DNA of 64,000 bases. It comes from Macrostomum lignano (taxonomy: Eukaryota). The notes under the pieces are model-generated. The model was not told the DNA's origin. It made no database searches and worked only from the letters and a program-made list of their open reading frames with translations. Made by a program: the position numbers and the translations under genes. Shown in pieces: positions 12,640 to 24,010 of this stretch. How positions within the stretch are numbered: the first letter of the stretch is position 1; every line of letters starts with the position of its first letter. Where the stretch lies: assembly GCA_002269645.1 (NCBI GenBank), contig NIVC01000774.1, positions 1-64,000 of the forward strand, written 5' to 3'.

Positions 12640-13257
12640 GTAGTGAGTGAATAATATACTATACACCTTGTTGTTGTAATGTCTGGACTTCACAAAGGTG
12701 AACTTACTGTCAACAACCAAGGTGGCCTTCTTCCTTGTCAATGCCTCTTCTAGCACCTCAAATCCTGGCTTCTCCTCCATAGCAACCTTGACAGGCTGTG
12801 GGCAGCCAACAACAATAGCTGCTACTAGAAATGGTAGCTAGATGTCTTCCTCCAAATTGAAGCCATCCTCTTCTGTGATAGAGACATGTGCTATTTCTAC
12901 AAATACATGGCTGCTGCCTTGCCCTAGAACAACTCTCATTATTGCAGGTGCTGCTTTGGCAACCTCCTGCTTGATGGCGACCTCAGCTGCTACTTTGGCA
13001 ACCTCCTGCTTGATGACGACCTTAGCTGCTATTAATGCTGCTGCTCTGGCAACCTCCTGCTTGATAACAACCACCTTGACTACTCCTGATGCAATGTAGC
13101 TATAGCACTTTTATTCAAAGTCTTCACTTGATGTCATAAGATTGCGATACCTTTTGCCAGACATGCCTGTATTACACTTTAGGTGATACCATTGCTGGCA
13201 TTCATCACATTGAAGTGCAAACTGATGTATAGTTACTTTACATGAGCAGATTAGGCA
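12640..13257 (-). pseudogene. Decayed ORF: PHD finger, three IKQE repeats and a FLYWCH-like segment; probable DNA transposon (Mutator-like) relic
   Basis: One continuous frame reads CLICSCKVTIHQFALQCDECQQWYHLKCNTGMSGKRYRNLMTSSEDFE*KCYSY (PHD pattern; the conserved W became TAA at 13113-13111 and the last C became TAC), then VIKQEVA x3, a TAG at 12840, and KKATLVVDSKFTFVKSRHYNNKVY (FLYWCH-like). The transposon assignment is an inference from the domain order. Confidence 0.6.
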
Positions 13258-15714
13258 CTATGACTCTATTTCAGTATTGGATTGGTTAATAGTTAGGCAG
13301 TAGTGACAGCATTTTGAGCATTTTGTTGATATATTGTGTGCTACATAGTGTATGTTACAAATGTGTGTATGTGTGTGTGTTATTATTACGAATTCATACA
13401 GTGAATTTTTGGCTATATAAAAACAATTGCTTTGTTTTGGCTCTTTGGAATTCTCAAGCAAATTGTATATATGTACACTAAGTGATGTCTATTTTTATAA
13501 ACACTCTTAAGGTCAGCTATTAGCCATACACTGAGTGGTAGATGAAATTGGCACTGAATTATACTAGTTGATTGAATGATTTAGTAAGTTTTAAGAGTGC
13601 AGTTGCATACATACCAACCAATTGCACACCAAAGAAATCGATTATCACTTATGTTGCTTTAAAGTTTGCACACTTGTTGCACACACTTATATATAATATT
13701 ATTGAAAAAATCCCAAATTAACATTTAAATTTTATTTATCACTAAGAAAATGTTTGTTTCATAGCAAGCTTAACTTGCACCATTTTATATATATATATTA
13801 GTAAGCTTTTTGCCAAAAAAGCTTTTTTGACTTTTTTTGACTTTTTAAAATATGTTTCAAAGAAAGGCCTTTCACCAAAATGACTTTTTGCCAAAATGAC
13901 TGGCATCCATAATTATAGATATTAATTGATAGGCTAGGCCTGCATGTATATTGCTTGTATAGCATACAATACATAAGATTTTCTATTTATTTAAGCAGTA
14001 TACAACTAAGATAGCCACATACCAAGACGGTCATAACATTGAATATCTATTATATCTATTCTTTCTTTATTATTAATAAGCAATTTAATAGTTATTGCCA
14101 TATTATTATGTTTAATCAATTATATTCATAAATAAATAATAATATAATAATAGATTTAAAACTTAATTATCTATGATACAAAACCTTTAATCTTGTTTAG
14201 TCTATACAAATTTATTTTCTATCATTATATTTATCAGTATCAAATCTATCATTATCAGTTTATCAAGAAACCATTGCTAATAGTATCCTAATAACAAAAT
14301 AGGATAAATATACAAGGTGCTAAGCTAATTGTTTTATTTATTAGATAAATATCTATAGGTCACTTGTCAGGCTACAATAAAAGCTAAAGCCAAAAGGAAT
14401 GATTATAATTAATATAATTCTATTATAGGCCTAGCATCTATTTTTCCAAGACTTAAAGATCTACACTTATTACAAATGACTGCCAATAAAAATGAGTGAA
14501 ATAGATACCTAGGCTATAATAAGACATCAAGGTTATGCACCATTTGACAGATTTTGAGCATGCAATAGGCTTAAAACAGGAATTTAAAATAATTTACTAA
14601 GAATATTACATATAAAAACTTGATTAGATTAAAAAGACAAAGCCTAAAAATGATATAAAAGTAAATACCTTTTTTTCTAATAAAGATTGAATAATAAGAT
14701 TGTTTTCTTTTGTGAAAAGAAAACAAAGACTCAGCCTATTTAGTTATATTATTTGGTTATTTGGTTTAGTTAGTTTAGTTTATTTGGTTAGTTATAATAT
14801 TTGGATTAAAAAGACAAAACTAGGTAAGAGTAAGACAATGTGGACAAAGCCAACTGGTTGCAGGTATCATAAGAATAGGCCAACTTTGAATTGAAAGTAA
14901 TATTTCAAATATTCTATAAAGCCTAGGCCTAATAATTTTCTTTAATAGCAACATAACATAACACAGGCCCACAGCACAACACAACAGACCAACAAGCTGA
15001 AGCTGTTAATTGCATTAATGATATCGATAGTCGATAGGCCTAACTTGCCTAAAGTATAATAATTACTGCGAAAGTAAACAATCGCCGAAATCTTTTAAGG
15101 GTTTTTACGTGTATAAGAACACGAACAAAACACACCCACTGCTCGGGCCATGAGGGCCATAAGGGGGTTATTTTTTTTTTTTTTTATTTATTTATTTTTT
15201 TTTTTATTTTTTTTTTTGGCTCAGGCAATTAGCCTGTTTGGCCAATATATTATAGAGCTATGTATTTGGAATTTTCGAATATAGAAGTTTATAAAGACGA
15301 TTTGACGACGATTTGCTGAGTTATTGTAAAAGATAAAGTATTTGAAAGCGCGCCAGAATTTTTACGGTATTTTTAGACGAAAAGTGACGACTAACAACTA
15401 ACGAGTATAAATATTAATACAAAAATGAGTACAAATTACGAGGTATAGCTTTAATTGCGAGATTACTTTGGTAAGCGAGTTTGTAAAAAAAAAAGATGTA
15501 GTATTTTTGAAAGCGCGTGATATTTCAAAGCGTGAAAAACGAACATAAACAATACTTCGAAAGAATTTTACTTTTAACGAATAACGACGATTTAAATATA
15601 GGAAATTAAAAAAGACAGTAAATGAATAAACAACTGAAAAGCGGATTTGTTACACTGCTGATGTATCTGATTCAGTTTGTTTAACTGTTTTAGCTATTCA
15701 TGACTTCATATATT

Positions 15715-18700
15715 TTAGCTACACCAGTGAGCTCTTTTCTGACTCTTTTTTTCATTTGTAGCATATCCTATCTTGTGTATTTGATTGCTATTTAAGAGGT
15801 ATTGACAGAAGTATTTTTTCCTGATCTCTTCAGTTTGTGGACATTCGGTCAAGTAGTGTAGAATGTCAGAACCATTTCGCGCTCCACACATTTTACATGG
15901 TTCTTGAGAAAAAAAGTTGGGTGTAATCTCGCATTTCAGTTTTAGGAGGGTTGTTAAGAATTTTTTGTTTCTAAATGTACATGGAAAGAAATCTGAAAGG
16001 TCGGGCCTGCAGATTTTTTTGTAGAGATAGGCGTTTTTGTAGAGTTTAATATGTTGCTGATTCTCTAGCTTTTGGCTAAGTTCTCTTTCTCTGTGTATCT
16101 TGAGGTGCTTTTTCACTAGGTATTTCTCGTTATTAAAGCTTTGGGAAAGTTTATCTTCAGTTAGTGCTTTTAGGTCTATACTTTCTAGTTTCTTTAGTAC
16201 ATTCATTTTCCATGGATTTTTTTGGCCGGTGTTTGAGTAGAAAATTTCTAGAGTCGTTTGGCAGAGTTTTTTGTGTCTAATCTTCAGCCAGTAGATGAGG
16301 TAGGTTTTAGCGATTCGTTGAGAGATTGGAGTAAGCTCAAGTTCTGATGATACCACACTGTTGCTAGCAAATTTTGGTAGATTGAGGAGATATTTGTAGA
16401 ATTTCAGCTGAATATTATCAATAGCTTTTGTATCAGACATGGTAGCCAGAGGGCCCCAGAGCTCACAACCGTAAGTGATAACGGGGGTAACAAGCGCGTC
16501 AAATAGTCTGCGAATGAGTGTGATGTCTAGGGACATATTCTTTACCCTATGGAGTAGGGAAAACATGGCTGTATATCCCTGCTTAGTTTGGTGTTCAATA
16601 CATTTTTTAAAGCTGTTTTTTGGTTCAAAAATAATTCCCAGGTATTTAAATTCATTTACTTCCTCTATTTCTTGGTTGTCGTAGTATATTTTTGTAGCAA
16701 TGCTTTCTGTGTCGTTTTTTTGTCTGGTATTGCCCTGCATGAACTTTGTTTTGCTTGCGTTTACTTTCAAGTAATTTTGTTTGCAGTAATTTTCCATAGT
16801 CGTAAATGTGTCTTGAAGTTCGTCTTTGTTTTTAGCTAGAATGGCTTGATCGTCTGCAAAGAGTAGGATGAGTGGGAAAGCAGATCTCGTAAGAGAGCGC
16901 CTAGCGCTAGAGAGTTCAAGATATTCAACAATGTCGTCAATATATAGTTCAAAAAGGATGGTAGAGAGAGGGTTGCCTTGAAGAACACCTTTAGATATTG
17001 GGATTGGCTGGGTTTCATCATCATCATCATCATTTTTTAGAATGAAGCAGGCATTTTTATGCATGTTCTTGATAAGTTCCGTCATTTGACCTTTAATACC
17101 CTGGTTATCCGTTTTGTGCCAAAGGGTTGGTTGATTTAAGCTATCGAAGGCTTTTTCATAGTCAACAAATCCAATAAAGAGTTCTTCTTTGTTGTAGATG
17201 GATTGGTTTATAATGTTGTAAAGATTAAAACATTGGTCGATTGTGCTGTGATTGGGCTTGAAACCGTATTGGTATTTTGATATAAGATTGTTTGCGTATG
17301 CTAGGTTTTCGAGTCTGGATTTAATAATTTGGCAAAAGAGCTTGCCAAGAATTGGTTGAATGCAGATTCCTCTGTAATTGTTGGGGTCGGCACTGCTGCC
17401 TTTGTTTTTATAAATCGGATGAAGTGTATTTGTTATCCAACTAGTTGGGAAGGTTCCTTGTTTGAGTGCTTCGTTGAAAAGTGAGCATAGGAGGTCAGCA
17501 AGTTCGTTCTCGAGGTATTTGAGTGTTTCTACATATACTTTATCGTGCCCAGGTGCTTTGTCGGTTTTGAGCTTTTTAATATGTTTTATAACTTCTTCTT
17601 TGGTGAATGGGGCATTGAAATCCTCTAAATCAGCCAGAATAGGGTTGTCAAGGTGAAGATTGTATGATAGTCTAATGCTGCTGTCTTGTTCAGTTACAAG
17701 ATTTTGAAAGTGTATGATAAATTTTTCATCAATTGTTACTCTGTTGTTTGAGGGATTTGGTGTTTTTAATAAGTTCCAAAGTTGTTTTGTATCGTTTTGA
17801 ATAAAGGCTTGGTTGATCATGTTGTCTGCACAGAGAGTTGTTTCAAATTTCCATGAAGTGAGCTTTTTTTCGTATGCTTTTTTGAGTTGTACTTTGCTTG
17901 AGAGGTTGTTGGGAGTAGGGAAGGTTTTATATCTTCTGCAGGCATGTCTAGCAGCGTTTCTTAAATCTTTAAGGAAGCGAGGCAGTGTTGAGCATAGTGG
18001 GTTCTTTATCTCTACTGTGATGTTGTTTTGAATTTGTCTAACTTTTCTACTTAATTCATTTATAAAAGCTGGGTTTTGTATGTCTAGATTTGTGATTTTG
18101 TCATTCATGTTTTTCAGGTCATTTGCGAAGTTATTGATATGTTTTTCTTGTTGCAGGTTGGGTTTATGTGACTTTTTTAGGACTCTATATCTCATTTTCG
18201 AGTTATTGGTTGCTTGTTTAGTTTCTGTGATTTCCTCTGTGAATTCACTTGATAGGGAGAGCACTATTTGGTTGTGGTCGCTAAAGTAGGTGTGGTTCTT
18301 TACTTTAAAGTCTTCGAGGTGTTGGAGTAAGCTGGTAGAGACGAAACAGAGATCTATAACAGAGGAACCAGATTTTGAGAGAAAGGTGAATTCACCATTT
18401 GTGTCTGATAATGATCTACCATTGATTAGATGCAGGTTGTATGAGTCAGTAATCTGGTTAAGTAGTCTACCATTTTTGCAGGTTTTCTTGTCTTGGCTTT
18501 GTCTAGTAAGTGAGATGTTTTTTGCTCTGGTGGTATATATTGAATTTAAATCTATGTATGAGGTATTGTTTATATGAGCATTGAAGTCTCCAATAAGGAA
18601 GATGTTTTCTTCGGAGTGGTAAGCATCCAGGAGAATTGTTAACTGTTCCCAATTTTCTTCTTCATAATATTTTGAAGACAGTGGGGGTATATAGGAGTTT

Positions 18701-19293
18701 ATTAAGGTGAAGCTTTTGTTTTTATCCTTTTTGTGTTTAAAATTTAGTGTCAAGAAGTTTTTATAATGTTTGAATGATTCTGTAACATTGTATTGTGTAT
18801 CTAGTGACTTTTTGTAAGCTGTTAATAATCCACCAGAAGCTCTGCCAATGAATTTACAGCCTTTTTTGTTTGCAGGCTTTTGGTATGTCATGTAGTTTTC
18901 AGACAGGTTGTTGATTTTGAGTCGCTTGTTTTCATTTTTTGTGTCTATTATCCAAGTTTCTTGAAGGCAGAGAATATTATTCTTAAAAATTGATTCAGTT
19001 TCCAGTAGTTCAAGTTTGGGAATCATCACAGAGTCTTTTATTGTGTAAAGTCCATTGATATTCCAGCTGCTAATAGTAAATTTTTCTTTATCAATTTTTT
19101 GGATAATATTAAATTCAAGGAGTTTTGATTTGATATTGTAAGGAATTTTTTTGATCTTTTGAGCATTGTTATTTCTAATAGAAATGAGGTACTCTCTAGT
19201 GTATTGTATCCGCTTTTCATTTGCCTGGATAATATTTTGACTATTTTGACTATTAAGTGTTGGGGTATTTAAGTCACAGTTTACAGAGGAAGT
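15715..19293 (-). CDS. LINE ORF2: AP endonuclease, reverse transcriptase and C-terminal CCHC knuckle
   Basis: APE motifs WNINGL (19065), LCLQETW, GDFNAH, SVIDL and SDH. RT motifs QYGF, FVDYEKAFD, GVLQGNPLS, LFADD and YLG. LFDALVTPVITYGCELWG is RTEX-like, and CKMC..HYLTECP is the knuckle. The frame is open from 19293 (manual translation); the first ATG is at 19026. Confidence 0.9.
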   Translation of the reverse strand, partial: TSSVNCDLNTPTLNSQNSQNIIQANEKRIQYTREYLISIRNNNAQKIKKIPYNIKSKLLEFNIIQKIDKEKFTISSWNINGLYTIKDSVMIPKLELLETESIFKNNILCLQETWIIDTKNENKRLKINNLSENYMTYQKPANKKGCKFIGRASGGLLTAYKKSLDTQYNVTESFKHYKNFLTLNFKHKKDKNKSFTLINSYIPPLSSKYYEEENWEQLTILLDAYHSEENIFLIGDFNAHINNTSYIDLNSIYTTRAKNISLTRQSQDKKTCKNGRLLNQITDSYNLHLINGRSLSDTNGEFTFLSKSGSSVIDLCFVSTSLLQHLEDFKVKNHTYFSDHNQIVLSLSSEFTEEITETKQATNNSKMRYRVLKKSHKPNLQQEKHINNFANDLKNMNDKITNLDIQNPAFINELSRKVRQIQNNITVEIKNPLCSTLPRFLKDLRNAARHACRRYKTFPTPNNLSSKVQLKKAYEKKLTSWKFETTLCADNMINQAFIQNDTKQLWNLLKTPNPSNNRVTIDEKFIIHFQNLVTEQDSSIRLSYNLHLDNPILADLEDFNAPFTKEEVIKHIKKLKTDKAPGHDKVYVETLKYLENELADLLCSLFNEALKQGTFPTSWITNTLHPIYKNKGSSADPNNYRGICIQPILGKLFCQIIKSRLENLAYANNLISKYQYGFKPNHSTIDQCFNLYNIINQSIYNKEELFIGFVDYEKAFDSLNQPTLWHKTDNQGIKGQMTELIKNMHKNACFILKNDDDDDETQPIPISKGVLQGNPLSTILFELYIDDIVEYLELSSARRSLTRSAFPLILLFADDQAILAKNKDELQDTFTTMENYCKQNYLKVNASKTKFMQGNTRQKNDTESIATKIYYDNQEIEEVNEFKYLGIIFEPKNSFKKCIEHQTKQGYTAMFSLLHRVKNMSLDITLIRRLFDALVTPVITYGCELWGPLATMSDTKAIDNIQLKFYKYLLNLPKFASNSVVSSELELTPISQRIAKTYLIYWLKIRHKKLCQTTLEIFYSNTGQKNPWKMNVLKKLESIDLKALTEDKLSQSFNNEKYLVKKHLKIHRERELSQKLENQQHIKLYKNAYLYKKICRPDLSDFFPCTFRNKKFLTTLLKLKCEITPNFFSQEPCKMCGARNGSDILHYLTECPQTEEIRKKYFCQYLLNSNQIHKIGYATNEKKSQKRAHWCS

Positions 19294-20139
19294 TCAGTAG
19301 GTTTTAAAAAAAAAACTTTTAATGAAGGGAACTCCCCTCTTATAGCCAATTCGGATGTTTTTCTCACCATTTTCTTGACGAGTCTTAAGCTCTTTAACAA
19401 TCTTCTGCTTAAATGCCCGTTCCTTTTCTGTTAAGTCGTTCTCAATCCGAATACGGGAGTAGGCAGAGCCAGTTTCGCGCAGGTTTCTCAGATTACCGAA
19501 GAAGGCCGCTTTGTCGCTATCGTTGACCAGCCGAACAACGAGGGGCCTTGGTCGATTGCTGAGAGGTTGTTCGCGACCGATACGCCTGGTGGCGACAATT
19601 GGGACAGTTGCGGGGGACACTTTGAGCCCATCCTGCATAAAGTCCTCGAGCTTAGCGTCTTCTTGGAGTCCAAAAACTATGATGTTATTCTTCTTTATAC
19701 CGCGCTGCCTGACTTCCTCCACGATTTCATCAAAGCTGATGTCGTAGGTGACAGTTTGCTTCCCGCTCTCAATCGACTCTAGCTCTTCTATGCGTTCTTC
19801 GAGGGCCGTCAGCTTGACTTTGAGGTCTTTAAGCAGCTCCACGCTGTTAAGTAGCGCGCGGGCATGGGTCTTGCAATCTCGGCAAGTCCATATGAGACCA
19901 TTATCGCTAGGGCCATTTGCGATGGCGGTGAAAATTGGCTTTGCTAGGCCGGAGCAGGACTGGTGGCACCAGCGGTGACAGCTTTCGCATTGAATGCCTT
20001 CGTGCACTTCGTCGTTGCAGGCTAGGCAGCTGCCATCAACAGTCTCTCGCCTTGATTTCGCGTTCGGTGGAAGGGAGATGCCTGTTGGGGATGCTTCTTG
20101 TTCCCCAACGTTGTTCTTTCGTTTGCCTTTTTGTGACAT
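19294..20139 (-). CDS. LINE ORF1: PHD finger, coiled coil and RRM-like domain, 281 aa
   Basis: CLAC..IQCESCHRWCHQSC..WTCRDC (PHD), a heptad-rich LKDLKVKLTALEERIEELE segment, and NNIIVFGLQE..RPRPLVVRL..IENDLT, typical of LINE ORF1 RRM-like domains. Confidence 0.85.
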   Translation of the reverse strand: MSQKGKRKNNVGEQEASPTGISLPPNAKSRRETVDGSCLACNDEVHEGIQCESCHRWCHQSCSGLAKPIFTAIANGPSDNGLIWTCRDCKTHARALLNSVELLKDLKVKLTALEERIEELESIESGKQTVTYDISFDEIVEEVRQRGIKKNNIIVFGLQEDAKLEDFMQDGLKVSPATVPIVATRRIGREQPLSNRPRPLVVRLVNDSDKAAFFGNLRNLRETGSAYSRIRIENDLTEKERAFKQKIVKELKTRQENGEKNIRIGYKRGVPFIKSFFFKTY

Positions 20140-22199
20140 TATACGAATAGTCGAACTTCCGAAAATGTTATTATTATGGGGGCAAATTTTTAGTAAATTT
20201 TACTTTTTGAAAATGTAATCTTTAGTTTTAAGACTTAAGAATACTCGCTTTTAAAAACTTTGTTTTCTCTTTAAAGGTAATTTTTAACAAAAATTAAATG
20301 TCTAGATTGCTTAATTGTGACTGAAAGTGTCTTTAATTTTTCATTTGGTATACCAATACAGAAATAAAAATACCGGTATATATTTACCTTGACACCAACT
20401 ACTTAAACTTTTGTCTTCGGTTGGATTAAATGATAGAAAAATTTATATTTTTGAGCGTAGCATATACCAAACAATTACTCTGGTAAAGCACCACTTTTTG
20501 TTCCTAGAACTAGATGACCTGGTCACAATAAATGAGTCAAGGGCCCTCAGATTTTGTATAGTTTTGTGAACTTATGTTTGTAATGCAGTTGGACGTAGTG
20601 AAATTATTATGTATATGTATATATAATATATATAGGTGAATCTTTTACCACGGCCCACTTTATACTAATTTTTGTGCTATGGGTAATGAAAAAATGTTTT
20701 AATCTAAATTTTGTGGAACATAGTAGGACGACTGCAACTTTCAAAGAACTCTACGTCGTTTAGCATAGTTAGGCCTATTATAAATATAAGGATGTTGTTA
20801 TTTAGACTTTTCACGAAGATTGGTTCCAGAACCAGAATAATTCCGATTCCAGAGCCAGAATCAGTAATAAAATGTAAAGCTTTAAACCTTTTTATGTTCG
20901 TCAGTTTTTATAATTTTATTTTGCTTTGTCTTGGATATGAAAATAACAGAGTGAGACTAGGCCTACTATACGCCAGAGTAGGCCTACCTCAATAATGAAA
21001 AATTGATTAGGCCTATTTCAAATATATTTTGCTGTTAAAAGTATAAACATGACAATGGATAAAGAAAATTTCTTGAACCAAATTCCAGAATTGGATCACA
21101 GTTCTGGAAACAATTCTGAAAATGGAATAGACAATAGGCCTATAAATTGCTTTGAACTGATTCTGGTTCTGGAATTGGTAGGCCTAATTGAATATTATTA
21201 TGGTCAGCATATAATAAATAGCAAAACTGGTTAGGCCCCTATGTTTATGGTCAACATAAAAGAAATACTAGGTCTAGGAGCCTATCTATTCTAAATTAAG
21301 TTAGGAACTTGTATTGCAAGTATTAAGAGTCTGTTAAAATTTAAAGAAAACAATTTAATATGTAGTCTGTAGATAGACCCTACAATCTATCTACTGTGGT
21401 TATTTTTAGTTCTAGTGCTTCTTGTCATGTCACCAACTTTCACTAGGCCTAGCTTTCTTAATATAATTATTAATTATTAGGGCCTAATGTAAATAATATT
21501 TCTTCCCTATCTATGTTGAAAAGTAGGCCTAACCATTGCTTTTTATTATTGCCTATTATTATTTTTTTGGATTTGTGTATAAATGCACCTAATAGAAAAG
21601 CAAAGCATAGTTAAGCCTTATCAAAGTCTTTTACAAACATTTTTTTATTTACTTCATTCTTAGTTTAGAATTCAGATCAGGTTTGAGGTTAATTTGATAT
21701 CAAAATTTATGTTATAAAAGTCTCTATTTATTTTGGCTATTATAAGTAATGGTAGGGCCTAGGCCTTATACACTATAGTATAGCAGACCTATTAATCTGG
21801 CAAAATATTTATAGAGCCTAGGCCTCTATGCTTATATTCTTAGCCCCCTCACTTTAGTATAAAGTCTAAAATGTAAGTCTAACATAACAAATAAAAAAGC
21901 TTAAGAGTAAAGTTGTAATTGAAAATTTTTTATTCTAGAATAGACTTATAATCCTACTTATCATATTTTTCACAAATGGTTTATGCTTAGCTTAATTTTG
22001 TATAGACCTTAGCATTAGGCTAAGCCACACTCAAATCTGTTAAATACAGTATGCCAAAATAAGTGATCCCCTATATTTTTCATTCAAGTTTATATAAAAA
22101 ACAAATTTACTCATGATATACCTGCCAAATATCAAAAAGGCATTGCAATAATGAAGGACATTTTTTACTTTGTAACAATCACCTTTTGTTGTAGTAATA

Positions 22200-22570
22200 G
22201 GTCCAGAATTTCATTTTAGGGGGGTAGGAAGCAGTCCAAGTTTAGGATGCCAACACGAATTTTAGAGGCACTAATTTTTAAGCTAAAAGGTATAAATATG
22301 TATAGGATGCAAAAAATGAATATAGAAGGCAAAAAAATCAAGCTTAAAGGTACAAAAATACATGTAAAGAGCAAAAATTTGAGCTTAGTAGTACAAAAAA
22401 TGCAATTAGGGGGTGAAAAGTCAAGCTTAAAGGTGCAAAAAAGGTGTTCTGGGGAAAAATCAAGTTTTGAAGTGTAGACTTGGGTTGTAGGAGGGGGGGC
22501 ACAATATATTCTATCAAACTATTTTGGGAGGATGGCACTTCCCCCTTTGCCTCCACCTTGAATCTGCCCT
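22200..22570. mobile_element. Heavily decayed MITE-like element with G-run/C-run termini
   Basis: It starts GGTCCAGAATTTCATTTTAGGGGGG and ends CCCCCTTTGCCTCCACCTTGAATCTGCCCT, with degenerate internal repeats of about 20 bp. Confidence 0.3.
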
Positions 22571-23569
22571 TACTTTCTTGTGTTATATCATTTTGGTCTG
22601 TTGTATACCACTAACTATGCCATACACTAGCTTTGTAATGCAATTTTCTAGCAGATTGTTTTGTATATTAAATATTTTATGCCAACCATTTTAAATGTTC
22701 ATTGTATGCTGGAACTTTTTGATATATATATAAAATTCAGGAGTTAGAAAGAATAAATTATTTTTAATACAAAATTTGCAAAAAGCAGTATTAAATAATA
22801 TTAAAAGGAAATGAGATCTTTATAATAGGCCTAACCTACTATATTAACATTTTTAAAGCATAAAAGGCATTATAAATAAAAAAGCATTAATGTACTTATG
22901 CTATATCTTGCTATCACAGAATAGGAAATTAATTTTGGTTAATAAAAAGCAAGACTATTTAATTTGTAGATATGCATAACACTAACTTTATACTATAGTT
23001 TAATACAATGAATCAACTATTTATATATTTTTGTTTTGGTTATTTCACATATTTTTGAACTACTTGAAAACATTAAACACTTATACCAAATAAGGATAAA
23101 ATATCAAAATGTTGTTATAGTTAAATTAAATGTTATATATCAAAATGTTGTTTGATATATAACTGATGATTATAGATCATTGATGATTATAATGAACTGA
23201 TGATGATTAAATGTTGTTATATATCAAAATGTTCTTTTTACATTGTCAAGACACTATATACTTATACAGAATAGCAAAGTTTTCATTATTATTAGTAACA
23301 AGCTGTTGAAACCCGCGGATTTTGAACCCGGAGAATTTCAATCCCCGGAACTACTTTTGCATGTATTCTGAAATCTAAGGTCATACACAAACAAAAACTT
23401 GTTAATAGTTAGTAGGATAGAGGTAGACATAAAGTGGACACATTCGTGTAAAATTAGGATTTGAGGCAAACATTGATATTGTTGGCTGGGGTACTGCACA
23501 GAATGTCAGGTAATGTCTATCTGACTCTAAAACATGTATTGGCAAACTCTGGCCTCTCCCTGACTCTCC

Positions 23570-23952
23570 CTATGTCCCTTGGATCCTTTAAAATTTCTAT
23601 CGTCTCTTCTGTTTCCTCTCTTCTCTCTCGTCCCTCGTCTCTACTCTCTCTTCTCTCCTCTCTCCTCTCTTCTCTCATATCTTCCCTAATCTCTCTTCTC
23701 TTTCATCTCTCCTATCTCTTGTCTCTTCTCTCTACTCTTTCCTCTCTCTCTCCTCTCTACTTTTCGTTTTCTCACTTATCTCCTCTCTCCTGTCTCCTCT
23801 CTACTTTTCGTTTTCTCTCTCCTCTCCTCTCTCCTATCTTTTTTCGTATCTTCCCTCATCTCTCTTCTCTTTCATATCTCTTATCTCATCTCTTCCCTTT
23901 TCTTTTCTCTCTCCTCTCCTCTCTCCTCTCTACTTTTTCGTTTTCTCTCTTC

Positions 23953-24010
<58 letters not shown>

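Larger units (their letters stand above)
15171..20200 (-). mobile_element. Near-full-length non-LTR retrotransposon (LINE), RTEX-like ORF2 with a PHD-finger ORF1
   Basis: ORF1, ORF2, a roughly 500-nt 3' UTR, a terminal hairpin CAGGC-AATTA-GCCTG (15222-15236) and a poly(A) tail on the minus strand (T-run 15171-15217). The 5' end is not defined and no TSD was found by eye. Confidence 0.9.

Noticed and set aside
15690-15760. Possible frameshifted ORF2 C-terminus (alternative frame ..KELTGVAKIYEVMNS*) at an A7 run
   Set aside because: It cannot be judged without other copies, and the CCHC knuckle is already complete.
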